Positions 9,154-19,626 of a stretch of DNA of 64,000 nt are shown one piece after another (the first letter of the stretch is position 1; the number at the start of each line of letters is the position of its first letter). Source of the DNA: Spirochaetia bacterium (GTDB lineage Bacteria > Spirochaetota > Spirochaetia > WTKD01 > G963693115); NCBI GenBank assembly GCA_965226055.1, contig CBDDCA010000006.1, forward strand, positions 320,001 to 384,000, read 5' to 3'. Under the pieces are notes generated by a model. The model searched no databases. It saw nothing but the letters and a program-made list of their open reading frames with translations, and had not been told where the DNA came from. The translations under genes and the position numbers were made by a program.

Positions 9154-10079
9154 GATATATTCTCCTTATAGTTTAAGTTTAACATTTTTTTTATTTCATC
9201 TCTATGTTCTAAAAAGCATTTATCAGCAAATACTTTTAAATTATCCAATCCCTCTACTTTATCTATCTGATGATTTATAGAACTATTAACCCTCAAATAA
9301 TTATCTCCTAAAATAAGGCTACTCATATTTGTGGAAGACTGAGTAGATAATTGTAAAATATATTCTATCAAATTTCCTATTTTCCACCCATTTATAAATC
9401 CCCAACATTTTTTATTTTTATCATATTGTAAGTTAGTATCCCCTGTACCTATTGAAAGTATTTTTATATTCTCTATTTTTTTATTAAATTTTTTCTCTGT
9501 CATTGCTTCGGTTAAACCAATAATAGAAGGATTATTTGCCCATAACCCACCATCTGCTAATAAATATTTATTCTTCATTCTAAAAGGATTAAAATAAATT
9601 GGAGCAGAACAAGAAGATAAAACAGCCTCAGCTAATGGAGTAGTTGCATCTCTAACATATTCATCACTTGATGGATAGTTTGATTTATGAATATACACAG
9701 AACCATTCAGTACATCCGAAGCAATAATCATCAAAGGCTTATCTATCTTTCCTAATTCAATATCTCCAAAAGTTTTACTAAGTATTTTACCTAAATGTTT
9801 ATTATTGTACTTACTCCTAAATAAACCGCATCGAAATATTGTTTTATGAAATATTTTCTTTCCTTCTTCTTCATATATCTTTATCACTTCATCTAAGGAA
9901 ATATCTAGAGCAATAGCACTTGCCAATATTGACCCCGTGCTTGTTCCTACAATTAAATCAAAATACTCTTTTAACTTAATATCAAAACATTCTTCTATTT
10001 TTTTCAGAATAACAGCAGAGTATAAACCTCTTATTCCACCACCATCTAAAGACAAAATTTTAAATTTTTCACTCACCAT
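9150..10079 (-). CDS. Patatin-like phospholipase, CBASS effector (CapV-like)
   Basis: LSLDGGGIRG, GTSTG nucleophile, ADGGLWANNP, LSIGTG; first gene of the CD-NTase operon. Confidence 0.92.
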   Translation of the reverse strand: MVSEKFKILSLDGGGIRGLYSAVILKKIEECFDIKLKEYFDLIVGTSTGSILASAIALDISLDEVIKIYEEEGKKIFHKTIFRCGLFRSKYNNKHLGKILSKTFGDIELGKIDKPLMIIASDVLNGSVYIHKSNYPSSDEYVRDATTPLAEAVLSSCSAPIYFNPFRMKNKYLLADGGLWANNPSIIGLTEAMTEKKFNKKIENIKILSIGTGDTNLQYDKNKKCWGFINGWKIGNLIEYILQLSTQSSTNMSSLILGDNYLRVNSSINHQIDKVEGLDNLKVFADKCFLEHRDEIKKMLNLNYKENIS

Positions 10080-10309
10080 AAATCCTATTTCTCTTAATTC
10101 TATTACAGCCTTTTTTTTCTGATAAAATTTCCTTTGCTCCTATATACATACTATCACACTTATTGTTTTTTTGTTAATATGTTTTTATTGTTTTTTAACA
10201 AAAGTTATTAATAACATTTATGCTTTGAAATCGTAACTCACACACTCATACTATTTCTGTTTTTGTAGTATACTATTACTATCTACTAACGAAAATAAAG
10301 GAGATTATT

Positions 10310-11785
10310 ATGCCGCTTAATTTTACTTCTAAAGTATTTAAGAAAGAAAAAGTTATCCTTGCTGATACCACAGAATATCTTGTTCCCGGAGGAAGATCAA
10401 AATTTGAACTTCTCGAAAAAGGGTTTGAAGGTATAAAACAAATTGGGGTTATTGGTTGGGGAAGTCAAGGTCCTGCTCAAGCTATGAATCTACGTGATTC
10501 TCTTGAACACACAAACATCAAAGTTGTACTTGGATTACGAAAAAACAGTACATCATGGAAAAAAGCAGAAAAAGCAAAGTTTACCACCGAAAGCGGTACG
10601 CTTGGAGAAATGTTTTCAGTCATCAAAAAAAGTGATTTGATTGTTCTCTTAATTTCTGATGCTGCTCAAGCAACCTTGTATAAAGAGATATTCAAGGCCA
10701 TTAAACCAAATGCTACCCTAGGACTTTCTCATGGTTTCTTACAAGTGTATTTACAAACACTAGGAGAAGAATTCCCTAAAAATATAAATGTAATTGGAGT
10801 ATGCCCAAAAGGTATGGGACCCTCAGTTAGACGCTTATATGAACAAGGAAAAAAAATAGATGGTGCTGGAATAAACACGAGCTTTGCTGTTCATCAAGAT
10901 GTAACAGGAAAAGCAACCGATTATGCTATTTCATGGGCAGTAGCCTTAGGAGCTCCGTTTAGCTTTTGTACTACGCTCAATAAAGAATGTTTATCTGACA
11001 TATACGGGGAACGTGGTATTTTACTTGGTGCTGTACATGGCATTGTCGAATCGCTGTATAGATATTTTGTTGATAAAGGGATGGAAAAAGACACCGCTTT
11101 CATTAACACAGTAGAAAGTATTACTGGTCCTATTTCACAAAAAATATCCCATGAAGGTATACTAGCTGTATACAAAAGCATGTCAGCTCAAGATAAAAAA
11201 GAATTTGAAAAAGCATATAACGCTAGCTACTTTATTGCAAAAGAAGTACTACAAGAAATCTATGACGAAGTGTCTTCAGGAAATGAAGTTCGTTCTGTAG
11301 TATATGCAATGAAAAGAATGGAAACATATCCTATGGGCATTATTGATAACACAGAAATGTGGACAAAAATAGGAAAAGAAGTACGTGCTAACAGACAAGA
11401 AGAAGCAATACCAATTCACCCTATTACCGCAGGTATTTATATTGCAACCATGATGGCACAAGTGGATATATTATATGAAAACAAGCATTCATATTCTGAG
11501 ATTGTCAACGAGTCTATCATTGAAGCAGTGGATTCACTCAACCCTTACATGCATTTTAAGGGAGTAAGTTACATGGTAGACAACTGTTCAACGACTGCTC
11601 GACTTGGTTCAAGAAAATGGGCTCCACGATTTGACTATATGTTATGTCAAAATACCTATGTGGAACTAGACGGAACTAAAGCTAAAAACTCAAAACCAAT
11701 TACAGCATTCAAAAATCATTCTGTTCACCAAGCAGTGGACACATTACTCAAATATCGTCCTAGCATAGACATTGCAGTAAAATAA
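10310..11785 (+). CDS. ilvC: Ketol-acid reductoisomerase, long (class II, plant-like) form
   Basis: IGVIGWGSQGPAQAMNLRDS, LSHGF, CPKGMGPSVRRLY, SDIYGERGILLG, VDNCSTTARLGSRKWAPRFDY. Confidence 0.95.
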   Translation: MPLNFTSKVFKKEKVILADTTEYLVPGGRSKFELLEKGFEGIKQIGVIGWGSQGPAQAMNLRDSLEHTNIKVVLGLRKNSTSWKKAEKAKFTTESGTLGEMFSVIKKSDLIVLLISDAAQATLYKEIFKAIKPNATLGLSHGFLQVYLQTLGEEFPKNINVIGVCPKGMGPSVRRLYEQGKKIDGAGINTSFAVHQDVTGKATDYAISWAVALGAPFSFCTTLNKECLSDIYGERGILLGAVHGIVESLYRYFVDKGMEKDTAFINTVESITGPISQKISHEGILAVYKSMSAQDKKEFEKAYNASYFIAKEVLQEIYDEVSSGNEVRSVVYAMKRMETYPMGIIDNTEMWTKIGKEVRANRQEEAIPIHPITAGIYIATMMAQVDILYENKHSYSEIVNESIIEAVDSLNPYMHFKGVSYMVDNCSTTARLGSRKWAPRFDYMLCQNTYVELDGTKAKNSKPITAFKNHSVHQAVDTLLKYRPSIDIAVK

Positions 11786-11792
11786 CCTCTCT

Positions 11793-11830
11793 TTGTACAT
11801 CTCATATACAATTATGTATGAGATGTACAA
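11793..11830. terminator. Stem-loop between convergent ilvC and crtI, probable bidirectional terminator
   Basis: 14-bp inverted repeat TTGTACATCTCATA / TATGAGATGTACAA. Confidence 0.7.
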
Positions 11831-11891
11831 TACTTTCATCGTCATAACTCATTATCATAGCCCGTCACTATAGCTATAGAGAAGCTATCAT

Positions 11892-13367
11892 TTAATTCAG
11901 AGACATATCCTGTAAAACACGATGTGCTGCAAGCTGACCAGAAATGGTAGCCATAGTTGTTCCTGTACCCGGAACAGTGTACTGTCCCGAAAAATAGAGG
12001 TTTTTTACCTTTTTCGAACGATTAGCTAAACGAAATAATGCTGTTTGTGATAAAGTCATTGCTAAACCAAAAGCGTTTCCCTTAAAAGCATTAAATATTG
12101 CTTTATATTCAGATTGACCCTCTATTTTTGAAAATACCGTTGATTCCTGTAAAGAACCTAAACACTGGCCTTGCATTCTTTGTGTTACATTTTCAATTAT
12201 TTTATTACGTTCCACTGGAGTATCAATAAGTCCCGGTGCTAATGGCACTAATGCAAACACAGATTGTACTCCTTTTGACATTGCACTCTCATCTGTTTTT
12301 GCAGGACAATGCACATAAAATAAAGGATTTTTTGGCCACTCTTTTGTTTTATACACTGCATCAATATGAGCATCCCAATCGCTATCAAAAAAGAAAGTAT
12401 GATGAGCAAAGCCTTCCATAGTATCTTTTACTCCTAAAAATACATTTAAGACAGCAGGAGACAAAGGTAGAGCGTTCCATTTTTTTACACTCATCTCACG
12501 TAAAGAAGGTTCTAAGAGAAACTGATCTACAAAATGTCTATCGGCATTTGCTACAACAACATCTGCTTGATAACTTCTCACTGCACTATGAACATAGCGA
12601 ATTTCTCTTGACTTTGTCTCAAGAGACTGCACCTCTTCATTACAACGAATTGTTACCCCCAACTCTCGACACACCTTTGCCATTGCAGTGGGAAGCATAG
12701 AAAATCCTCCACGAGGATACCATGTCCCTAAATTAAAATCAACATGATTAAGAATAGTATAGGCAGCAGGAATATTATAAGGACTTCCTCCTAAAAAAGT
12801 AGTAGGGTACGATAAAATCTTTTGTAATCGTGCATCATACGCTACTTTTCGTATTCGAGAATGATAATTTTTTAATAGCGTCCCCAAAGAATAAAACCGA
12901 AGCACTTGCCACGCAATAGAGAATATATCTCGTCTCTTCCTAAAATTTTTATAAATAATATTCTGCATAAGATACCGATATTCCCGAGCAACTTCACTTA
13001 AAAAGAACTTTAAGCGTGTTCCTGCACCATGTTCTATTTTTTCAAATAGCTCAATAACCGCATTAACAGAACCAGGAACTTCTATACTTTCCCCATCATA
13101 TATGACTTTATACGCTGGATCAAGACGCTGTATATCATAAAATTGTTTTCTATCATACCCTAAGCCAGCAAACCAGTCATCAATTTCATCAGGCATAAGA
13201 TACCAACTAGGACCTAAATCAAAGCGTACTCCTTGTTTTGTCCATTGATGTACTCTTCCTCCCACCCATGAGTTCTTTTCTACTATGGTAACATCGACTC
13301 CATTTTTTGCCAGATAGGCTGCAGCCGATAAGCCACCTAACCCAGCTCCAATAATAATAGCTTTCAT
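11892..13367 (-). CDS. crtI: Phytoene desaturase family FAD oxidoreductase
   Basis: IIIGAGLGGLSAA, GVRFDLGPSWYLMP, YPRGG, GNAFGLA..L.QTALFR, NLYFSGQYTVPGTG. Confidence 0.88.
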   Translation of the reverse strand: MKAIIIGAGLGGLSAAAYLAKNGVDVTIVEKNSWVGGRVHQWTKQGVRFDLGPSWYLMPDEIDDWFAGLGYDRKQFYDIQRLDPAYKVIYDGESIEVPGSVNAVIELFEKIEHGAGTRLKFFLSEVAREYRYLMQNIIYKNFRKRRDIFSIAWQVLRFYSLGTLLKNYHSRIRKVAYDARLQKILSYPTTFLGGSPYNIPAAYTILNHVDFNLGTWYPRGGFSMLPTAMAKVCRELGVTIRCNEEVQSLETKSREIRYVHSAVRSYQADVVVANADRHFVDQFLLEPSLREMSVKKWNALPLSPAVLNVFLGVKDTMEGFAHHTFFFDSDWDAHIDAVYKTKEWPKNPLFYVHCPAKTDESAMSKGVQSVFALVPLAPGLIDTPVERNKIIENVTQRMQGQCLGSLQESTVFSKIEGQSEYKAIFNAFKGNAFGLAMTLSQTALFRLANRSKKVKNLYFSGQYTVPGTGTTMATISGQLAAHRVLQDMSLN

Positions 13368-13429
13368 TACTATTATAAGGATAGCATATTTAGCATTATA
13401 TCTTTAGTACAATAGTGCCACTCCATTGG

Positions 13430-14209
13430 CTACTCAATAGCGAGCTTCTCCATTGTTATATCACCTTTTGTATCTATACTCAAATGACCAAAAAGCCCCT
13501 TTGCTTTTTCTAATGCTTCTTGTAACATAGCATCTTCTTTTTGCATTTCATCAGCCAGCGCTACCCCTGTTTCCAAAGATACTACCAAAGCACCTTTATG
13601 ATATATTTGTTCTAACTCTTGTCCATCATTAAAACTGCTTGACAACACTTTCTCTGCTACAAAAGAAAAATCTCGAAAAGCATTATCGCTTTGTTCAAAT
13701 ATCACTGGTAAGTTAGAAAGATTTATTGCTCGATACATCCGAAACACAAGATTATCTTCATATGTTTTACTGAGCGTATTAAATGTATTCAGTCCAGCTT
13801 GTACTTCTTTCACAGCATCCTCTATCATTCCCTCTTGTTGCGCTATGCCACCAAGCTGAAAATGTAAACGAGCAAGGGCAAGCTGTATATAAAAATCATC
13901 ACTGTTAGCAGTACTAAGATAGGTTTCTCCTACTTGGATAGCATGTTCTATTATTGCTTTATTCTTCCGCTTATCATTAAACGCATACTGCTCTTGTTCA
14001 CGAATAATACCAATAACAAACTTTCTTTGTACCATAGTATCACTTGCATTCTGTTCTACACTTGTTTTCAACTCTTTTGCTACAGGGGAAAGCGTCTCTT
14101 TTGACAACACTATCCGTAGTACCACAAACAATACAATCCCTACAACAATGGCGAGGAACACATATTTCTTAATTTTTCTTATGAGTATTTTCTTTTCTTT
14201 TTCTGTCAT
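13430..14209 (-). CDS. Membrane-anchored helical (TPR-like) hypothetical protein
   Basis: N-terminal TM followed by helical repeats; DNLVFRMYRAINLSNLPVIF segment. Confidence 0.65.
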   Translation of the reverse strand: MTEKEKKILIRKIKKYVFLAIVVGIVLFVVLRIVLSKETLSPVAKELKTSVEQNASDTMVQRKFVIGIIREQEQYAFNDKRKNKAIIEHAIQVGETYLSTANSDDFYIQLALARLHFQLGGIAQQEGMIEDAVKEVQAGLNTFNTLSKTYEDNLVFRMYRAINLSNLPVIFEQSDNAFRDFSFVAEKVLSSSFNDGQELEQIYHKGALVVSLETGVALADEMQKEDAMLQEALEKAKGLFGHLSIDTKGDITMEKLAIE

Positions 14210-14223
14210 ATAATCTCCTTATA

Positions 14224-15786
14224 TTAAAATAATAATTTACTGTATATTTGTATTGTAAAAACATCAGTGAGTTCAGTAAAAGCACCGCCTTCTATCCCAA
14301 AATTATACTGTAACTCTGTCCCTAAGGTTATCACTTCTATCCCTTCCCATTCAAAGCCACTTATCCATGAAAAAGTAGTATCAAAAGGGCTGTACACCAG
14401 TGTAGTTTCTATATTAAATCGCTGTGCAGAAAATCGAGAGAACACATCATCTCGTGATAACTGCAACAAAAAATACAGAGGACGAACACGAATTGGAGAA
14501 TACAAAAATAAACTATTTCCTATAAGCCCAGTGTACGAAGCTCGAAAAGGATTGTTCCTATTTTCCATATCCTTATAAAGCGCAGAAAGATCATCTCTAT
14601 ATACTTGCCAATCATCATTATTTAGCCCTTTTCCATTATAGTATGTTTCAAACAAGAGAGTAAAAAAACTGACACTATCAACAGTGAGCGTATACTGTAT
14701 CCCTACTACTCCTTCAACAAATATGCCCTCATCTGCTTCTTGTTTTATACTATATCTATCTACAGAAGTATCAGGAGACAGAGCTATTGTAGCATCCTTT
14801 TTTATTCTACGCAACTCATTCTTAAAACTCATACCCCACTCTGTATGAACAGTAATATCATCGTTCAATGTCGCTGATATATCAGCCCCAATAAAAGAAC
14901 TATCATCATAAAAATAAATGAGTGAAGGCACAAATGCATACCATTGTGCATAGCTTACCTTTCCTAAAAAAGAATGGTAAGGTCTATCAAATTCTCGAAA
15001 CCCAGTCTCTAACTTTGGCAAATACGCAAACTCAATAAACATAAGAGAAGTTGATATATTTGTAGAAAATTGCCATGCTCCTATTTCATCTTTACTGCCT
15101 ACTGGAAAATCAAACGCAGAAAATGGCATATCGCTGGAATAATCTGGTACTTGTAAACGCTTTACCCACGCAGTATATTCTCCTGGCTTATAGACAAGAG
15201 GGTTAGATGGATTAACAATAAACGCTGAACCTGAACGAAATTGAGATTTCCCTACCTTGAAATTCACCATATCTGCAATGCTAACATCAACAAAAGCCTC
15301 ATTGATTTCAAGCCCTAAAAATGTCTCAATATCAAACACATCACTCTTTGTATCCCATTCTTTATCCTTTCCTTCTAAAAACAAACGATAATCAAGAAGA
15401 AACTTAAACCAACGTTCAGCATTACGATATTGAATAAAACTGCCAAGCAACATTGTATTTTTGAGTGGAGTAACAAATATATGCTTATCTTTATTAAGAG
15501 AGCTTTCATTTCTTTGTACAGGGGTATAGAATAATCTCTCTTCTATAGAAAAACTGAGTAGCATAGTAGAAGAAGTGGCTGTTGGAGAAATAGTACTTAT
15601 TGTATCAATAGTATCAGTATCTGCTCTCTCTGAACTATCAAGTGTTTCACTATCGTTCTCTTCTTCTTGTTCCACAGAAAAAGAATCATCCAAGAAAGTA
15701 TCATCCAAAAACTCCTCTTGCGTATTTCCTATCCTTACAATAGTAACAAAAAACACTACAATGTATACACATATTTGCAATTTCAC
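14224..15786 (-). CDS. Outer-membrane beta-barrel protein, unknown family
   Basis: Signal peptide, acidic N-terminal tail, INEAFVD...FKVGK...GSAFIVNPSN, amphipathic strands, terminal Phe. Confidence 0.7.
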   Translation of the reverse strand: MKLQICVYIVVFFVTIVRIGNTQEEFLDDTFLDDSFSVEQEEENDSETLDSSERADTDTIDTISTISPTATSSTMLLSFSIEERLFYTPVQRNESSLNKDKHIFVTPLKNTMLLGSFIQYRNAERWFKFLLDYRLFLEGKDKEWDTKSDVFDIETFLGLEINEAFVDVSIADMVNFKVGKSQFRSGSAFIVNPSNPLVYKPGEYTAWVKRLQVPDYSSDMPFSAFDFPVGSKDEIGAWQFSTNISTSLMFIEFAYLPKLETGFREFDRPYHSFLGKVSYAQWYAFVPSLIYFYDDSSFIGADISATLNDDITVHTEWGMSFKNELRRIKKDATIALSPDTSVDRYSIKQEADEGIFVEGVVGIQYTLTVDSVSFFTLLFETYYNGKGLNNDDWQVYRDDLSALYKDMENRNNPFRASYTGLIGNSLFLYSPIRVRPLYFLLQLSRDDVFSRFSAQRFNIETTLVYSPFDTTFSWISGFEWEGIEVITLGTELQYNFGIEGGAFTELTDVFTIQIYSKLLF

Positions 15787-15817
15787 AGTATCACCACATT
15801 ACTATTCTTATAATCTA

Positions 15818-16711
15818 TTAAAATTCCTTTATACGCTCTGGAGTATATAGAGCTGCATTGAGGGATTCATATAAAATATCATTTACCCGAATATAGGTAA
15901 CTGCACTCTTATTGATACCGTCTACTATTATCCATTCTCTGCTTAATGTTCTGTCTTGTACTTTTCCAAAATTACGATAATACATTGTTTTTAACAAACG
16001 CCCAGAACGACTATAAAATTCTGCTTTTATAGGCTTTTTACTTTTCTGTTCAATAAAATATTCGATTTTCTCATATGCTACTCCATTTTGCTTTTTTGCT
16101 AACACTACTTTATAGGCAGTAACATTTCCTATCGATTCAAAAGAGACTTCAGTAGGATCATAATATTCATTGTAGTTTGTATTAGACACATCAGCATATG
16201 AAGCCCCCCCAATCAATCGTTGAGAGGGAGAAATACGAATAGGGTTTCTTGTGCCAGGCTTAAAAAACCACATATTAAATTCTCGTTGTAATACTAAGGT
16301 ATTAACACTGGTACCTGACAAAAACTGTGAAATAACATAGCGAGAACGAGCATTGTCAATAGGATGTACATAGGTTTTTATATCAGTCTCATTTTTCACT
16401 TGCTTATCTATTGTTTCTTGTATGCTAAGCAGAAAAACAAAATCTTTCTTAATATTTCCTCTATATGTTTCAGATTTTGCAACAAGTGCCTTTGCTATTT
16501 GAAATTGAGCATCACTAAGAAGTTGACTTTGTACTATTCTCTCATACTTTTCTTCCACAAGCACAGACAGTTCATCAAAATCGGTATCATCCAATGTTTG
16601 AGAAAACAAAGAGAGATTACTTGTAATTCCTAACAACATCACACACATAACACATACATACACTTTTTTACTGTTATACCTTTGCTGTAAAAACAGACTA
16701 TTTTTGTTCAT
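15818..16711 (-). CDS. LolA-like outer-membrane lipoprotein-sorting protein
   Basis: NMWFFKPGTRNPIRISPSQRLIGGASYADV, AEFYSRSGRLLKT. Start moved to the ATG at 16711, which has an AGGAG RBS. Confidence 0.85.
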   Translation of the reverse strand: MNKNSLFLQQRYNSKKVYVCVMCVMLLGITSNLSLFSQTLDDTDFDELSVLVEEKYERIVQSQLLSDAQFQIAKALVAKSETYRGNIKKDFVFLLSIQETIDKQVKNETDIKTYVHPIDNARSRYVISQFLSGTSVNTLVLQREFNMWFFKPGTRNPIRISPSQRLIGGASYADVSNTNYNEYYDPTEVSFESIGNVTAYKVVLAKKQNGVAYEKIEYFIEQKSKKPIKAEFYSRSGRLLKTMYYRNFGKVQDRTLSREWIIVDGINKSAVTYIRVNDILYESLNAALYTPERIKEF

Positions 16712-16736
16712 ATATACTCCTTGTATATTGACTGTA

Positions 16737-18101
16737 CTACTGATTCTCACGGAGACAGTCAACTATTTTTAAGTTTGCTGCTCTACGAGCGGGGGTAAAG
16801 GAAGCAAGCAACACTGTACCAAAACAGATAAATATACTTTTTGCTATTAAAATATAATAATCAACATTATACTTTACTCTAATATCAAAAGGATAGGGAC
16901 GTGTAAAACCAGGGGGAGAATCTACTGTCAATCCAAGAGAAAACAGTGTATACGCTGTTATGTACACAATAGCCATACCAAGCAGCACACCAAATATTGC
17001 AAGGTACACTCCCTCAATGAGTACGAGAGAAATAAGACTTTTCCCTTTCAGTCCAATAGCCCGAAGAGTACCAAATTCAGAAAAACGTTCATAAACACTC
17101 ATAGTGACAGTGTTTAAGACCAAAAAGATAATAAGAATAAACAGAATAGTACTTACCACAGAATATATATTATTAAACAGTTGTCTTACCTGTAAGTAAT
17201 AGTCTGTCAACTCATCCCAACGATATACTCGTAATCCCCATTCTGGATGATTGGCAACAATACCCTGTATCTTTGCGTATACTGTATTTGTATCTCTCGT
17301 ATCATTCAACATGATTACTAGCTTGTTTACTCCTTTCACACTTAAAATTGATTGAGCAAACCCCACACTTGTTCTGAGTAATACATCTCCAAAATCACGA
17401 GAAAAAGTATCAACTATCCCTATTAATTCTGCATCCAGTACATCTATTCCACCAAAAGGAGTAGTAGAAAGTACCGTAACATAATCACCAATCTCAACTC
17501 CTAGTTGTGAAGCCAAGCCTTTTCCCAGCATCACCTCATCGTCTGCATCTGGATCAAGCTGAGCTCCTTCATTAATATCTAAGGTAGCGGTTATACTACT
17601 ATCCTCTGGTTCTCCTGCTATCCCTAGAAAATTGATACTCTTTTTTCCTGTTGGGCCAGTTACTATCCCGTTGAAATTAATTTCAGTAGTAATAAACTCT
17701 ACAGCTGTGTCTATATCTGGATCTTGCAATAATGTAGCTTCAATTTCTTCATACTCTTCAAACATATACTCCCCAGGAGAAGAACGACCTTTTTCAAAAA
17801 AATCTTCTTTCATAAGAATAATATGCCCCAACTCACTACGGATAGTAGTTTCACGAAGCCCTCTATATGTTTCTAAAAAATAATTTCCTAGTAAAATACT
17901 TCCAGCAACCGCACAGCCAATAGCCACAATAGTGATAATACTTCGTCTTGTGTTTCGAATAACATTTCGCAAGGCAAGCGTACTTTCTGTCCTTACACAT
18001 ATGGCACGTACTAAAAAATATATAAATGCTAATACTCCAATCCCTGCTAAAATCCACTCTATCCAAGTATTTTGTAATCCTAATACATTTGAATATTCCA
18101 T
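16737..18101 (-). CDS. ABC transporter permease, LolC/E-FtsX family
   Basis: LALRNVIRNTRRS, large periplasmic loop, NTVTMSVYERFSEFGTLRAIG, PARRAANL. Confidence 0.9.
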   Translation of the reverse strand: MEYSNVLGLQNTWIEWILAGIGVLAFIYFLVRAICVRTESTLALRNVIRNTRRSIITIVAIGCAVAGSILLGNYFLETYRGLRETTIRSELGHIILMKEDFFEKGRSSPGEYMFEEYEEIEATLLQDPDIDTAVEFITTEINFNGIVTGPTGKKSINFLGIAGEPEDSSITATLDINEGAQLDPDADDEVMLGKGLASQLGVEIGDYVTVLSTTPFGGIDVLDAELIGIVDTFSRDFGDVLLRTSVGFAQSILSVKGVNKLVIMLNDTRDTNTVYAKIQGIVANHPEWGLRVYRWDELTDYYLQVRQLFNNIYSVVSTILFILIIFLVLNTVTMSVYERFSEFGTLRAIGLKGKSLISLVLIEGVYLAIFGVLLGMAIVYITAYTLFSLGLTVDSPPGFTRPYPFDIRVKYNVDYYILIAKSIFICFGTVLLASFTPARRAANLKIVDCLRENQ

Positions 18102-18811
18102 TATGCCCCCTTTAAGTACTGTATATCTTTTACTCCCCCATCCTCTAATTGATATATAGTATCCATATAATCAAAAAATCGAGGATCATGAGTAGCAAAC
18201 AAAAATGTAGTATGAAGTGTTTGTTGTAATGTTTTCATTAAGTCCATAATCTTAAATGTTGTCACTGTATCTAAATTAGCAGTAGGTTCATCCGCAATAA
18301 CAAGTACAGGATCTATAACAAGTGCTCTTGCAACAGCAACACGTTGTCGCTGCCCACCAGACAACTCTTTTGGTTTATGGTATATAAATTCACTCAATCC
18401 CACCTCTTCTGTCATATATTCAGCTTTTTCTTTTATCTCTTTTTTTGACATACCCCCTAACAAAGTAAGAGGATATGCAATATTTTCAAGAACATCAAGC
18501 ACAGGAATAAGATTAAAATTTTGAAAAATAAACCCTATATTATTTCCTCTAAACTGAGTCAATTCATCATCTGACATTGTACTCACATCTTTATCATCTA
18601 TAATAATCTTCCCTTCTGTAGGAGTATCTATTGTACCAATCATATTTAGCATGGTGGTTTTACCACAACCAGAAGGCCCAACAAGACTTACAATTTTTCT
18701 TTTTTCTACATGCAAATCTATCCCTTTTACTGCGTGTACCTGCACTTTTCCTAAAGTATAGGTTCGCTTTACATTGTGAGTACTTACGATATATTCTGAT
18801 TTTGTTTCCAC
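18101..18811 (-). CDS. ABC transporter ATP-binding protein, LolD-like
   Basis: GPSGCGKT, GFIFQNFNL, LSGGQRQRVAVARAL, ADEPTANLD, THD. Confidence 0.95.
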   Translation of the reverse strand: METKSEYIVSTHNVKRTYTLGKVQVHAVKGIDLHVEKRKIVSLVGPSGCGKTTMLNMIGTIDTPTEGKIIIDDKDVSTMSDDELTQFRGNNIGFIFQNFNLIPVLDVLENIAYPLTLLGGMSKKEIKEKAEYMTEEVGLSEFIYHKPKELSGGQRQRVAVARALVIDPVLVIADEPTANLDTVTTFKIMDLMKTLQQTLHTTFLFATHDPRFFDYMDTIYQLEDGGVKDIQYLKGA

Positions 18812-18812
18812 A

Positions 18813-19574
18813 TTATTCTCCTTGTATTTCTTTTAATTTAGTATCAACTTCCGTATAAAACAAAGGAGAATTTTTTGAATATTTCTTTGCAATTTCCATA
18901 TTCTTAATGGCAATTTTTATATCTCCTTTATTATGATAATACAGTCCATACGCATAAAACACATTTGCTATTATCAAAGGAGGAATATTATCTACTTTCT
19001 TAAATAATGACAACGCTGTCTTAAGACTTTTAGGTGCTTCTTTCGATACTTTAAGAAATGTTGGCACCACAGCAAACACTCTCCCTCTCAAAAAATAGAG
19101 ATACCCAAGCGTTAAATAATCTTTTTTATTCACTGCCTCAGCCTCTTGTATTGCCTCATCCAGCATCTCTTGCCCTTCTCCAAGCAATGTTACCTTTGGA
19201 AATGGATTAAAAGAGGTGAGCGATCCTGCTATCATAGCACGAGCCGATCCTTTATATGCAAGCATTACAGGAATTTGAAATTCAGCATTATTATCGTAGG
19301 CATTTGCGATAAAATCGTATGCTTCTCTTGCTATTTCTTCACTGTCTAAAAAAGAAGCTCGCCTAAACAACAATATCACTTTTGTTACAACGCTTGCAGT
19401 ATCGCTATCTGTGGGACTAATAGCTTCTACTTTCGCTAGCTCTTTTTCTACCATATCAAGAGGATATGCATGTTCATCTCTAAAAATATATGTATCAACA
19501 TATGTTTGACTAACGCCAGCAGAACACACCATTGTCAATACAATCAATACTAAATATAGTATTCTCTTATTCAT
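18813..19574 (-). CDS. Exported TPR-like protein
   Basis: Signal peptide; LAYKGSARAMIA...NPFPKV..L.EG..MLDEAI; C-terminal TPR (NVFYAYGLYYHNKGDIKIAIKNMEIA). Confidence 0.75.
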   Translation of the reverse strand: MNKRILYLVLIVLTMVCSAGVSQTYVDTYIFRDEHAYPLDMVEKELAKVEAISPTDSDTASVVTKVILLFRRASFLDSEEIAREAYDFIANAYDNNAEFQIPVMLAYKGSARAMIAGSLTSFNPFPKVTLLGEGQEMLDEAIQEAEAVNKKDYLTLGYLYFLRGRVFAVVPTFLKVSKEAPKSLKTALSLFKKVDNIPPLIIANVFYAYGLYYHNKGDIKIAIKNMEIAKKYSKNSPLFYTEVDTKLKEIQGE

Positions 19575-19626
19575 TACTATCTCCTTTTACCCAATAATTA
19601 TTATTATACTATCAAGTATATTTATA

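Noticed and set aside
6021-10281. 13-bp direct repeat TATACTATTACTA (6021-6033 and 10269-10281) as att sites of the CBASS island
   Set aside because: AT-only-like low complexity, contains a -10-type TATACT found before many genes here, and no integrase is nearby.
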